DNA of 64,000 nt from an uncultured Candidatus Bathyarchaeia archaeon (GTDB taxonomy: Archaea; Thermoproteota; Bathyarchaeia; 40CM-2-53-6; JALHTG01). The translations under genes were made by a program, and so were the position numbers. Each line of letters starts with the position of its first letter. Positions within the stretch are counted from its first letter, which is position 1. Positions 9,537 to 18,540 of the stretch are shown one piece after another. The notes under the pieces are model-generated. The model was not told where the DNA came from. It made no database searches and was given only the letters and a program-made list of their open reading frames with translations. The stretch covers positions 33,262-97,261 of the forward strand of contig CAZVYD010000001.1 of the NCBI GenBank assembly GCA_964631575.1, in the 5' to 3' direction.

Positions 9537-10250
9537 TCAAACGATGACTCCTTGGACTTCTGAACGATCCAAGATTCTTCTAATGTCCTCGAAAACTTTG
9601 AGCCACACTCGCCATTTCAGTCGTCCTGTTTGGGTGTTCTGCCTGCTTGGATGATATGATACAGCGAGGAGGGGCGTGTCTTCAGCAAGCGTATGTATGG
9701 AGCCATGCCTAAACTTCAGTCTTCGACCTCTTTCAGTCTTAGCGACTCGGACGTAGGTGTCGAACGCTATCCTTCCTAATGTCAGCACAACTCTCACATT
9801 TTTCAGTAGTTCCAACTCCCCAACCAAGTACTCGGAGCAATTCAGGATCTCTTGTTTGGTCGGCTTGTTCTTAGGCGGAGCGCAGCGGACTATCGCCGTT
9901 ATATACGCCGATGTGAGCTCCAATCCGTTGTTTCTACTCACACTGCAGGATTGATTTGCGAATTTCGTCTCGTAAAGAGCCCTTATGAGCCAGTCACCTG
10001 AAGCGTCACCAGTGAACATCCTGCCAGTCCTATTGCCGCCGTGCGCGGCCGGCGCCAGACCGACGACCAAGAGTTGGGCGTGTGGGTCTCCGAAGCTTGG
10101 CAGAGGCTTTCCCCAATATTTCCAATCTTTGTATCTAGGAACCTTCAGCCTTGCTACGGCTGAGATGTGGCGTATTAATCTCGAGCATCTCCTACAGGAG
10201 ACAACCTTCTCTTGAAGGTCTCTAAGATCTGCCTCAACTTTGGCTTCCAT
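9537..10250 (-). CDS. udg: Uracil-DNA glycosylase, family 4 (Fe-S type)
   Basis: SCRRCSRL Cys pair; GLAPAAHGGNRTGRMFTGDASGDWL matches the family-4 UDG active-site region. Start chosen at internal ATG (MEAKVEADL); the ORF track extends to 10283. Confidence 0.75.
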   Translation of the reverse strand: MEAKVEADLRDLQEKVVSCRRCSRLIRHISAVARLKVPRYKDWKYWGKPLPSFGDPHAQLLVVGLAPAAHGGNRTGRMFTGDASGDWLIRALYETKFANQSCSVSRNNGLELTSAYITAIVRCAPPKNKPTKQEILNCSEYLVGELELLKNVRVVLTLGRIAFDTYVRVAKTERGRRLKFRHGSIHTLAEDTPLLAVSYHPSRQNTQTGRLKWRVWLKVFEDIRRILDRSEVQGVIV

Positions 10251-10504
10251 GTCAATCACCAGTCCGCTGACCAACCACTCCACACGAGCATAAGAGATAC
10301 GGCTAGATAGTCTATTTCACTTGGTACTTGACGAGGCTGGCAACAATAGTCAAGGGAGAGCCCCTGTTTTCGTCTTTAGTGGGCCGGGCGGGATTTGGAC
10401 CTACCTAGTTGAATTTTCTGGGTCGGGAAATCCTAATTGGATGCGTTGCTTAGCTCTCATGAATAGCTGATGATTAACGAGCGGTTGCTGCAGAGAGGAA
10501 TCGT

Positions 10505-11437
10505 ATGGGGAGCTATGTTGCCGTAGCGAGAGGAAAGGCCAAGGACGCCACCATTGAAGCTCTCAAGAGACTGCGTCCAAGGCTCACGGGCTCTAAGATA
10601 CTCATAAAGCCCAACTTGGCCTCCTACGTGAGAGACAGGGGAGAAAACACTGACGTTCGAGTTGTCGAGGGCATAGTTGAATACTTTCACGACAAAGGGG
10701 ACATAACCATAGCTGAAGGCTGTTGTGGTTCCCTTGGTCTGAAGCCCAAGTCCACCAAGAGACTATTTGATTTTGCAGGTTATTCGAGACTCGAACAGAA
10801 GTATGGAGTGAAGCTATTTGATCTGAACACGGATGTCTTTGAAGGGGTCAAGCTCTATGATAAGATGTTTGGCGTGGCAAAAGCGGTGTTGGATACGGAC
10901 TACTTAGTCACCGCGCCAGCCCTAAAGACCCACGAATATACCACGATATCGGCATGTGTAAAGAACCTGATGGGATGCCTAGAGCCTAGACCAGCGCGTG
11001 GCCATGAAACAGCAACAAAGTGGGAGATCCATGCTGAGCTCTCAGAAGCAGACCTGTCAGAAGGCCTTTCTCAATACAGGTCAGCGCTCGGCAAGTTTGA
11101 ACGTCGGCTCGTCGATCTCTATGTGAAATTGTCGCCAAAGCTCGGGGTCATAGATGCAATCACTGCAGGCGAGGGAGATGCACCTACTCACGGAACTCCA
11201 ATACATATGGGCATAGTGTTAGCCTCCGAGAATCCAGTAAGCTGCGACGCTGTCGCGACCTACTTGATAGGAGTAGACCCGAGCACTGTCGGTCACCTGC
11301 GGCTGGCCAAGAATCAACATCTGGGAGAGATTGACATCAAGGAAATCGAGACAAACGTAGATCTTCGACATCACAAGAGAAAATTCAGACTGCCCTCATC
11401 CATAGTCTGTTTGCGCAAATCATGGCCTAGCCATTGA
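10505..11437 (+). CDS. DUF362 domain protein
   Basis: 310 aa; KILIKPNL and downstream TH motifs typical of DUF362. Confidence 0.6.
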   Translation: MGSYVAVARGKAKDATIEALKRLRPRLTGSKILIKPNLASYVRDRGENTDVRVVEGIVEYFHDKGDITIAEGCCGSLGLKPKSTKRLFDFAGYSRLEQKYGVKLFDLNTDVFEGVKLYDKMFGVAKAVLDTDYLVTAPALKTHEYTTISACVKNLMGCLEPRPARGHETATKWEIHAELSEADLSEGLSQYRSALGKFERRLVDLYVKLSPKLGVIDAITAGEGDAPTHGTPIHMGIVLASENPVSCDAVATYLIGVDPSTVGHLRLAKNQHLGEIDIKEIETNVDLRHHKRKFRLPSSIVCLRKSWPSH

Positions 11438-11657
11438 GATTGCTAAGTAGACTCCTGGGATTCCGAGTAAGAGTAAAGGAGAGAAGCATCCTCCCTAGTT
11501 CATGTTCGACATTCATCCAATGTTCTTCGCTATCTTCTCTCGAACTTGCTGAGCGAGAAGGCCACGTTAGGTCCGGGAATAACGAGTGGCATTGAAAGAC
11601 AGGCGGGTCTTGGAAACCCTGTTTTCTTATTGGATTTTGGGAATGGGTCTGAAGGTC

Positions 11658-13364
11658 TTATGCTGTCTTGATCGCCTTCACCTTTTCGAGGCCCAGTTCC
11701 TTCACTGCTATCTCTTTCATTTTAAATTTCTGGATCTTTCCTGTGACTGTCATTGGGAATTCTTCTGTGAACTTGATGTATTTCGGTATCTTGTAGTATG
11801 AGATCTTATCACGGCAGAATTCCCGTATCTCCTCTTCAGTTGCTGTTGCGTTTTCTCTCAGCTGGATCCAAGCCATAACCTCTTCACCATATTTCTCGCT
11901 TGGAACTCCAATCACTTGAGCATCGCTTATCTTCGGGTGAGTGTGGAGGAGTTCCTCTATTTCTCGCGGATAGATGTTCTCTCCTCCACGGATGATCATA
12001 TCCTTGAGCCTGCCCACAATGTTGACATATCCGTCTGGTCGCATGGTTCCAATGTCTCCCGTGCGCATCCAGCGTGCCTGATCGATCACTTCTTTTGTCG
12101 CCTCGGGATTGTTCCAGTAACCCAACATGACGAGGTAGCCTCGAACACAGATCTCTCCCGCAACACCATGCGGCACAGTCTGATTTGTGGCCGGGTCTAT
12201 GATCTTGATCTCGACATGAGGAATGGCGCGGCCGACAGTGGTAACTCGCTTGTCAACAGGGTCATCTGCTGATGTCTGTAGAGATACTGGAGATGTTTCG
12301 GTCATTCCGTAGGCGATTGTGATCTGTCTGATCCCCATCAGGTTCATGACTCTTCTCATGACCTCGATCGGGCAGGGAGCTCCTGCCATGATTCCTGTCC
12401 GTAGGGACGATAAGTCATATTTCGAAAAGTCCGGGTGATCCAGCTCGGCTATGAACATGGTTGGCACGCCGTGGACTGCTGTGCACCTCTCTTGCTCTAC
12501 GGTTTCAAGCACCTTTCCTGCGTCAAAGGCCTCCGAAGGCAGAACCATTGTGGCGCCATGAGTCGCACACAACAGGTTTGAAAGAACCATCCCGAAGCAA
12601 TGATAGAAGGGAACAGGGATGCATAGCCTGTCCTTCTCAGTGAACCTCAGCATTTCTCCTACGAAGAATCCATTGTTGAGAATGTTGAAGTGGCTTAGAG
12701 TGGCGCCTTTCGGGAAGCCTGTAGTTCCTGATGTATATTGGATGTTAATGGCGTCGTCGAATTCGAGGCTTCTTTGGCGTTCAGCAACCAAGGGTTCAGA
12801 AGCGTCCTTGCCCAGACCCATAATGTCTGTCCATCGGTGCATTCCAGGTTGCCGTTCCTCCTCCATTAGGATTAGAGATCTCAGGGCAGGAAGTTTGGCC
12901 GAGTCGATGACTAGGCTACCTGCTTTTTTCGCTTCCGGGACAAGTTCGTATATTATCGAAACGTAGTCAGATCTCTTGAATTTGGTCGCCGATATGAGGT
13001 ACTTGACTCCTGATTGCTTCAGGGCGTACTCCAACTCGAATATTCGGTACGATGGGTTGATGTTGACAAGTATCGCACCAATCTTTGCCGTAGCGAACTG
13101 GGTGATCACCCACTCCATGTTGTTGGGTGACCATATACCGACACGCTCTCCTTTTCTAACTCCCAGCTGAATGAGGCCTCTCGCGAATTGATCCACAACT
13201 CTCTTGAGATCCAAGTAGCTGTATCTGATCCCCTGATGCCGAACGACTACTGCGTCTCTCTCCGGGTATCTTGCCGCAATCTTGTCGAAGTAATCGCCAA
13301 TCGTTTCCCCTATGAGAGGCGTCCCTGAAGAGCCGTGCGAGTAGCTCAAACCCGTGCTGCTCAA
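11658..13364 (-). CDS. AMP-dependent synthetase/ligase (acyl-CoA synthetase family)
   Basis: 568 aa; AMP-binding signature [16 protein letters not shown] and C-terminal GKIQK motif. Confidence 0.9.
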   Translation of the reverse strand: MSSTGLSYSHGSSGTPLIGETIGDYFDKIAARYPERDAVVVRHQGIRYSYLDLKRVVDQFARGLIQLGVRKGERVGIWSPNNMEWVITQFATAKIGAILVNINPSYRIFELEYALKQSGVKYLISATKFKRSDYVSIIYELVPEAKKAGSLVIDSAKLPALRSLILMEEERQPGMHRWTDIMGLGKDASEPLVAERQRSLEFDDAINIQYTSGTTGFPKGATLSHFNILNNGFFVGEMLRFTEKDRLCIPVPFYHCFGMVLSNLLCATHGATMVLPSEAFDAGKVLETVEQERCTAVHGVPTMFIAELDHPDFSKYDLSSLRTGIMAGAPCPIEVMRRVMNLMGIRQITIAYGMTETSPVSLQTSADDPVDKRVTTVGRAIPHVEIKIIDPATNQTVPHGVAGEICVRGYLVMLGYWNNPEATKEVIDQARWMRTGDIGTMRPDGYVNIVGRLKDMIIRGGENIYPREIEELLHTHPKISDAQVIGVPSEKYGEEVMAWIQLRENATATEEEIREFCRDKISYYKIPKYIKFTEEFPMTVTGKIQKFKMKEIAVKELGLEKVKAIKTA

Positions 13365-13627
13365 TTCTGCCTCTTAGCCTCCAGGGAACCAAGGATCAGC
13401 TTTTCCGGGCGTTCCAAGCCTATCGCATTACGCGGTATAAAAGCTGCGCGCGCTTCAGTAGTGAACCGGCCTGGACTCACATCTGTCTCCATGGAAAAGA
13501 ATGTCTAGTGAAGCGTCCAGTTATGAACGAATGAACAAACATGGAACCTTTGAAAAGCCACTCGTATTACATAGGTGGTTGAATGAGGAGAAAATAAGAC
13601 AGGCAAGGATTAACGAGGTATTCTAGG

Positions 13628-14575
13628 ATGAGAAGAATCAGAAAGAAGCAATATGCAAGTCTTTCCGCCATCGCAGATTGCACGCTTGGCCCTCTCAACA
13701 AGCCAATCGCCACTGTAAGCCCCGGCGAAACGGTTCAGATCGAGACGTTTGACTGCTTCAGCGACATCATCAAACCCGGTAAGGATCTAGCCAAAGCGCT
13801 GAAGGAACACGTAGACATCTTTCACAATGTAGCTACAGGCCCGATCTACATTGAAGGAGCCGAAGCAGGCGACACTCTGCTAGTGGAGATCGTGGAGTTT
13901 GAGTTGCCCAGTTACGGTGTGACAACGACTGTTCCAGGGTTCGGAGCACTTGAGGGATGGCTTACGGAAACGCTGGCCCTAACGAGGTTCTCCAAGATAC
14001 ATGGTGGCAAGATCACTTTCGGAATAGGTGAGAACAGACATGTCGCAATCGAGGCTCACCCGTTCGTTGGAACGATCGGTGTTGCCCCCGCATCCGAAAG
14101 CATTCCAACAACCACACCGGGAAAGCACGGTGGTAACATGGATGTTCCCGATGTCTGCGAAGGAAACACGCTCAAGCTTCCGGTCGCAGTGAAGGGTGCG
14201 CTCTTTGGGTTGGGAGATGTCCACGCAGTGCAAGGCGACGGTGAAATTTGTGGAACCGCAGTCGAGGTTCCGGCCGTCGTGACAGTCAGGTTCGATCTGG
14301 AGAAAGGTCGGAAAATAGAATGGCCGAGAATCGAGTCACCTGACGAAGTCATGACTGTCTGCAGCGCGAGGCCTCTGGAAGATGCGGCCCGATTGGCTTT
14401 CCGAGAGATGGTGAGATGGCTTGAGACAGACTACGGCGTCAACCAATACGACGCATACATGCTATTGAGCCTGACCGCAACCGCGAGAATCGCCCAGATT
14501 GTGGACCCGCTCTACACGGTCGTTGTCAAGCTCCAGAAGAAGTACCTGAAACAGCTCAAGCAAGAGAAGGCGTAA
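13628..14575 (+). CDS. Acetamidase/formamidase family amidohydrolase (FmdA/AmdA)
   Basis: 315 aa; layout typical of FmdA_AmdA (GPIYIEGAEAGDTL..., GNMD). Confidence 0.75.
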   Translation: MRRIRKKQYASLSAIADCTLGPLNKPIATVSPGETVQIETFDCFSDIIKPGKDLAKALKEHVDIFHNVATGPIYIEGAEAGDTLLVEIVEFELPSYGVTTTVPGFGALEGWLTETLALTRFSKIHGGKITFGIGENRHVAIEAHPFVGTIGVAPASESIPTTTPGKHGGNMDVPDVCEGNTLKLPVAVKGALFGLGDVHAVQGDGEICGTAVEVPAVVTVRFDLEKGRKIEWPRIESPDEVMTVCSARPLEDAARLAFREMVRWLETDYGVNQYDAYMLLSLTATARIAQIVDPLYTVVVKLQKKYLKQLKQEKA

Positions 14576-14657
14576 ACCGTCTTGCTTAATGAAGGGTATC
14601 GTGGAGGGAGTGTGGACAAGGTAGCCCGTTTCTGCCGGATCTGTAGGTTACGCTCGC

Positions 14658-14789
14658 TCATTTGTTCTTCTGGGTAACCTGTCCGTTAGAGCGCTTTTGA
14701 CCTGTACTCTTTCTCCACAACTGTGCTATGCCGAACACAGCAGCAACCAGAATTGCGCCGACAACCGCACCAGCTATTTTTCCGTTCAA
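14658..14789 (-). CDS. Small single-pass membrane protein (43 aa), SD-driven, TTG start
   Basis: Manual translation MNGKIAGAVVGAILVAAVFGIAQLWRKSTGQKRSNGQVTQKNK. GGAGGTGA Shine-Dalgarno (plus-strand cacctcc, 14798-14804) lies 8 nt upstream of the TTG. Below the ORF-track size cutoff. Confidence 0.3.
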   Translation of the reverse strand: MNGKIAGAVVGAILVAAVFGIAQLWRKSTGQKRSNGQVTQKNK

Positions 14790-15033
14790 CCGCTTTCACC
14801 TCCACAAAATCCTTCGCCTGAACCATTTTGCTCGCTACAACGATAATTGTTGAAGGAGCATGATTCCCTAAAAACCGCAGACTCAGCAACCTCGACTCAA
14901 CCGCTTTTGAGTCAAACGCAAAGGCAATCGGCTGAGAAGCTCCATGAAAACACAACGTCTCAAGACAGTAAAAGACTTAAATGCTCCATTAGCTGCGGCA
15001 ACCGATTATCGATGCTACTGACAGGCGAGAACA

Positions 15034-15507
15034 ATGGTAGATGTAAAACGTCTTCTTGAGTACAATCGCGAAATCAGGCACAGGTACTTCGATGCTCTGG
15101 CCCGTCTTCCATGGGAGGAGTTGACAAAGAACCGAGAAGCCAGCTGGCACTCCCTTAGGAACATATTCCTGCACACCCTCGGCGCTATAGAACATTGGCT
15201 CGATGTTTTAGAGAATAAGGAGAAAATCAAACGCCGAGGCTTCGACGAATACACTAACACTGAAGATATCCGGCGATACATGGAGGGAGTGGAAGGCCGG
15301 CTGCACAAATATCTCAACGGCCTGCCCCAATCCGAATTGGAGAAGAAGTTCAACATGAAAAATGACGAAGGAAAAGATGTTGAGCCGACCGCGGAGGACA
15401 TATTGATTCACGTCTTTGAGGAGGAGGTCCATCACCGCGGCGAGTTGATCGCCCTTCTCTGGCAGATGGGTATCGAGCCCCCTCTGATGGGTTGGATGAG
15501 CCTCTAA
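15034..15507 (+). CDS. DinB/YfiT-like (DinB_2) family protein
   Basis: 157 aa four-helix-bundle-type sequence with conserved His residues (HTLGAIEHW...HHRGE). Confidence 0.6.
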   Translation: MVDVKRLLEYNREIRHRYFDALARLPWEELTKNREASWHSLRNIFLHTLGAIEHWLDVLENKEKIKRRGFDEYTNTEDIRRYMEGVEGRLHKYLNGLPQSELEKKFNMKNDEGKDVEPTAEDILIHVFEEEVHHRGELIALLWQMGIEPPLMGWMSL

Positions 15508-15521
15508 AGGAGAGAGAGCTC

Positions 15522-16082
15522 ATGGCAAAGATCCTTGGGAAGACCTCAGATTCCTTGTTCCCATTACCTGCTATGCTGATCTCATGCGCAGGCAAAAAGA
15601 GAAACAGAAACCTGATCACTCTGGCATGGGTTTCGAAGGTCTGCGCAGAGCCGCCGATGCTCGCAGTCGCTGTTCGCCCAAGTAGGCACTCATACAGCAT
15701 AATCAAGGACAGCGGAGAGTTCATCGTGAATGTTCCTACAGAGAGCATCATTCGCCAAGTGGATTTCTGCGGGAACACTTCTGGGAAAACTGTTGACAAG
15801 TTCAAGGAAACAGGATTGACGCCTCAGCCAGCTTCAAAGGTTAAGGCGCCGCTTGTCAAGGAGTGCCCAGTCAACTTCGAGTGTATAGTGCGCCAGTCTG
15901 TTCGACTTGGTTCACATGATCTTATCATCGGAGAGGTCGTTGCCGTGCAAGTCGATGACTCGGTTGTTGACGCACAGGGAAAGATAGACTACACAAAGGC
16001 GAAGCCAGTCGTCTATGTAGCACCCGGATACTGGAACTTGGCAAAGCAGATCGGGACATACGGATATTCAGTCAAAACCTAG
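15522..16082 (+). CDS. Flavin reductase-like FMN-binding protein
   Basis: Flavin reductase domain pattern (LPAMLISC...GEFIVNVP...). Start chosen at MAKILG to avoid overlap with the upstream gene. Confidence 0.7.
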   Translation: MAKILGKTSDSLFPLPAMLISCAGKKRNRNLITLAWVSKVCAEPPMLAVAVRPSRHSYSIIKDSGEFIVNVPTESIIRQVDFCGNTSGKTVDKFKETGLTPQPASKVKAPLVKECPVNFECIVRQSVRLGSHDLIIGEVVAVQVDDSVVDAQGKIDYTKAKPVVYVAPGYWNLAKQIGTYGYSVKT

Positions 16083-16247
16083 ATTCGTTGTTTCTGCTAC
16101 ATAAGCGACGGTGGATCTTGGGAGAACCTGTATCGGCAAGTTATACGAAACATGACCATTTCATAGAGATACTTGAAAGCCATGGAACGCAGTAAGATTG
16201 TGAAAGAGTTAAAAGAGCAGAGAGCCAAATAACTATGTGACTGCAAA

Positions 16248-17342
16248 ATGAGAACCTCCTCAATTCTAGCGGCTTCTCTGATCGTTGCAATTATCTTGGG
16301 TCGTGTAGCTGCGGTATCACTCGCCGAATCTCAATACACACTGAAGAATGCGATTTATGTCAAGATAACTTACAATCAAAAGGTGATCAACAATGGACCA
16401 GGCACCTTGTCAACACTCAATGTGTACATGCTACCTCCCGTAAATACATCTCGCCAGAAGGTGCTGAAATTCCTAAGCGAGCGACCTGCCGACTCAATTG
16501 TGGAGGATGAGTGGGGTCAAAGGATATTCAATCACTCATTCCAAAACGTTCAGGCTGGGCAGACCATAAGTGTCACATGGGTCGCGCTGGTAGAACTCTC
16601 CGAGATCAATTATGATGTGTCTCCGTCAAATGTCGGAACTCTTTCGGAGATACCTGCCGAAATTCTTGAATTATACACAAAGGACGATGTCATGTACGAT
16701 ATTAGCAACCAGATTGTGCAGAACGCTGCAAGCGACGCGGTGGGAAGCGAAACCAACCTGTATCACATGGTACTGAAGATCCACGACTATGTCATTGGTC
16801 ATCTGACTTATGAGATGGACAGTCAATGGGAACCCGCACCAGCCATTTTGGCGCAGGGCAAAGGATCCTGCTCAGAATACACATGTGTCTTCATCGCGAT
16901 GTGTCGGGCGAAAGGTATTCCCGCAAGATTCGGAGGAGGATCAGCTTCACGTGACCCCTATCAAACAAAAGTTGACACTGCTGGACACAGATGGCAAGAA
17001 GTCTACATACCAAAGTACGGATGGTTGCCGATTGATGTAACGTGGGATGATAGAAGCAAACAGAGTGAAAGGTACCTACACTTCCTTCGTATGCCGAACA
17101 CTCATCTCACAATGGCAACTGCTGGAGGCAGTTCGAAGTACATGGAATGGAGATACAATTCAAATGTTGTCTATCAAAAAGCATCGGACACGAAAGTTAC
17201 GAGATCATGGTCATGCGTCTGGGAACCAGCGACACCAAACACGCCGATCCCAGAACTCGTTCAACCAATGTCGATACTGGTCGCGGCCATGACCTTGGGA
17301 TTCTTTCTGCTGAGATCTAGACAAAGCAGACGAAGCTCGTGA
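16248..17342 (+). CDS. Transglutaminase-like cysteine protease-fold protein, secreted with C-terminal TM anchor
   Basis: N-terminal signal peptide; Cys-His-Asp core GKGSCSEYTCVFIAMCRAKGIPAR...GHRWQEVY...DVTWD; C-terminal hydrophobic helix followed by RSRQSRRSS. Confidence 0.7.
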   Translation: MRTSSILAASLIVAIILGRVAAVSLAESQYTLKNAIYVKITYNQKVINNGPGTLSTLNVYMLPPVNTSRQKVLKFLSERPADSIVEDEWGQRIFNHSFQNVQAGQTISVTWVALVELSEINYDVSPSNVGTLSEIPAEILELYTKDDVMYDISNQIVQNAASDAVGSETNLYHMVLKIHDYVIGHLTYEMDSQWEPAPAILAQGKGSCSEYTCVFIAMCRAKGIPARFGGGSASRDPYQTKVDTAGHRWQEVYIPKYGWLPIDVTWDDRSKQSERYLHFLRMPNTHLTMATAGGSSKYMEWRYNSNVVYQKASDTKVTRSWSCVWEPATPNTPIPELVQPMSILVAAMTLGFFLLRSRQSRRSS

Positions 17343-17520
17343 TTCAACAGTTTTCCCACTTTCTGAACTTTAGGCCCGTCTCTCTGAGGAATCTGCTTCG
17401 CAAGAAGCAGCTCGCTGAGGCTCGCCTGATCGTTTTAGGTCGAGCATGGACTGATCATATGTATGATTCCTTCATCTGCCTTTTATCTGAGCAATATTGT
17501 TCTCCCTCGGTGGATTGAGA

Positions 17521-17528
17521 GGAGGTGA
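17521..17528 (+). promoter_or_regulatory. Shine-Dalgarno site (GGAGGTGA)
   Basis: Perfect complement to the expected 16S 3' end, 4 nt upstream of the ATG at 17533. Confidence 0.4.
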
Positions 17529-17532
17529 ACAT

Positions 17533-17691
17533 ATGGCATTGGCGCAGAGAGCCGTCGGAGGATCAGCTGTCCTAGGCTTGATCATAGCTGTCGGAGGGCT
17601 TCTCGTAACGGTCGCATCTTTCTACTTGATCCTCAAAATCGCTGGGCTCGTAGACGCATTGAAAGACAAGGTCAAAGAAATGAAAGTCTAG
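17533..17691 (+). CDS. Small membrane protein (52 aa), SD-driven
   Basis: MALAQRAVGGSAVLGLIIAVGGLLVTVASFYLILKIAGLVDALKDKVKEMKV. GGAGGTGA at 17521-17528 lies 4 nt upstream of the ATG. Confidence 0.35.
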   Translation: MALAQRAVGGSAVLGLIIAVGGLLVTVASFYLILKIAGLVDALKDKVKEMKV

Positions 17692-17803
17692 ACGGGATCA
17701 CTCATCTTTTTCAGTGTAACCTCTTTTTCTATCGCACAAATCCGACCCTGTGATTAAGGTCACAATATCAAGCGGGCTAGGGACCAGGCCAAAGGCTTCA
17801 AGA

Positions 17804-18091
17804 TTAGTCCTTTATGGCTTCAATTATGCTGACGACGTTCCACAACTTCACACGTGTATAAGGAGGCATATTTGGATCCTGAGAGATCTCATCAAGAATC
17901 GAAATGGCGTTCGATGCTCTTACGCCCAAACTGTGCTCTGCCACCTGCAAGGCATCTGCAGCCTCCTTCGCCGCACGCCGGATATTCCTAGGGGTCGTAT
18001 TGTCCTGAGCCACCTCATTAAGCACGGCCAACGCCTGATTGATACGCGATTGGTACTCTTCCTTTCTCTTCGAAACCTTCTGCGCTGGCAA
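17804..18091 (-). CDS. UPF0147 family protein (conserved archaeal)
   Basis: 95 aa with the PPYTRVKLWN motif recalled for UPF0147. Confidence 0.5.
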   Translation of the reverse strand: MPAQKVSKRKEEYQSRINQALAVLNEVAQDNTTPRNIRRAAKEAADALQVAEHSLGVRASNAISILDEISQDPNMPPYTRVKLWNVVSIIEAIKD

Positions 18092-18171
18092 GTCTGATCC
18101 CCACCATTAATAAGGGAATTACGCATGAATCTAACGAACTAACTAAAATTCTTTCCTTGGAGTAGCTCAGG

Positions 18172-18531
18172 TTGAAGAGCGATACGCATTATCTGACGAG
18201 GGCGGCAGAGCTCCTCAGATCCGGAGCAACAATGCTAGCCCAACCCTGCCCGGCCTGTAGCACTCCCCTTTTCAAGCTTGGTGAACAGGTCGTCTGCGCC
18301 AAGTGTAACAGGCCCGTGATCATCCTGAAGGCGGCAGAAGACGAGAGCAGGATCCTTCGAGAGAGAACCCTCGCGAGCATCGAGCAGACTTTACTCGGAA
18401 AGATAAGAGAGGTGCAGTCTGCAATCGAGAAGGAACAGGATCCTGCGAAAACATCGCAACTCACAGAGAGTCTCTCAGGCTTGCTAGGTGCTTTAGAGAA
18501 GCTGAGGAAGACCGAGTGCAAGTCTTCCTAG
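18172..18531 (+). CDS. UPF0148-type zinc-ribbon protein (Sjogren/scleroderma autoantigen 1-like)
   Basis: AELLRSGATMLAQPCPACSTPLF...CAKCNRPV (C4 zinc ribbon) plus coiled-coil tail; TTG start. Confidence 0.55.
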   Translation: MKSDTHYLTRAAELLRSGATMLAQPCPACSTPLFKLGEQVVCAKCNRPVIILKAAEDESRILRERTLASIEQTLLGKIREVQSAIEKEQDPAKTSQLTESLSGLLGALEKLRKTECKSS

Positions 18532-18540
18532 GACTATCTA

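Noticed and set aside
14686-15059. Track ORFs 14686-14955 (-) and 14847-15059 (+)
   Set aside because: Cys/Ser/Thr-rich low-complexity translations without start signals; the SD-supported 43 aa TM ORF on the minus strand explains the region better.
17393-17410. Perfect 7 bp hairpin (ctgcttc gcaa gaagcag) after the transglutaminase-like gene as a transcription terminator
   Set aside because: The nearest T-run is about 20 nt downstream, so it does not fit an intrinsic-terminator architecture; kept only as a note within a finding.
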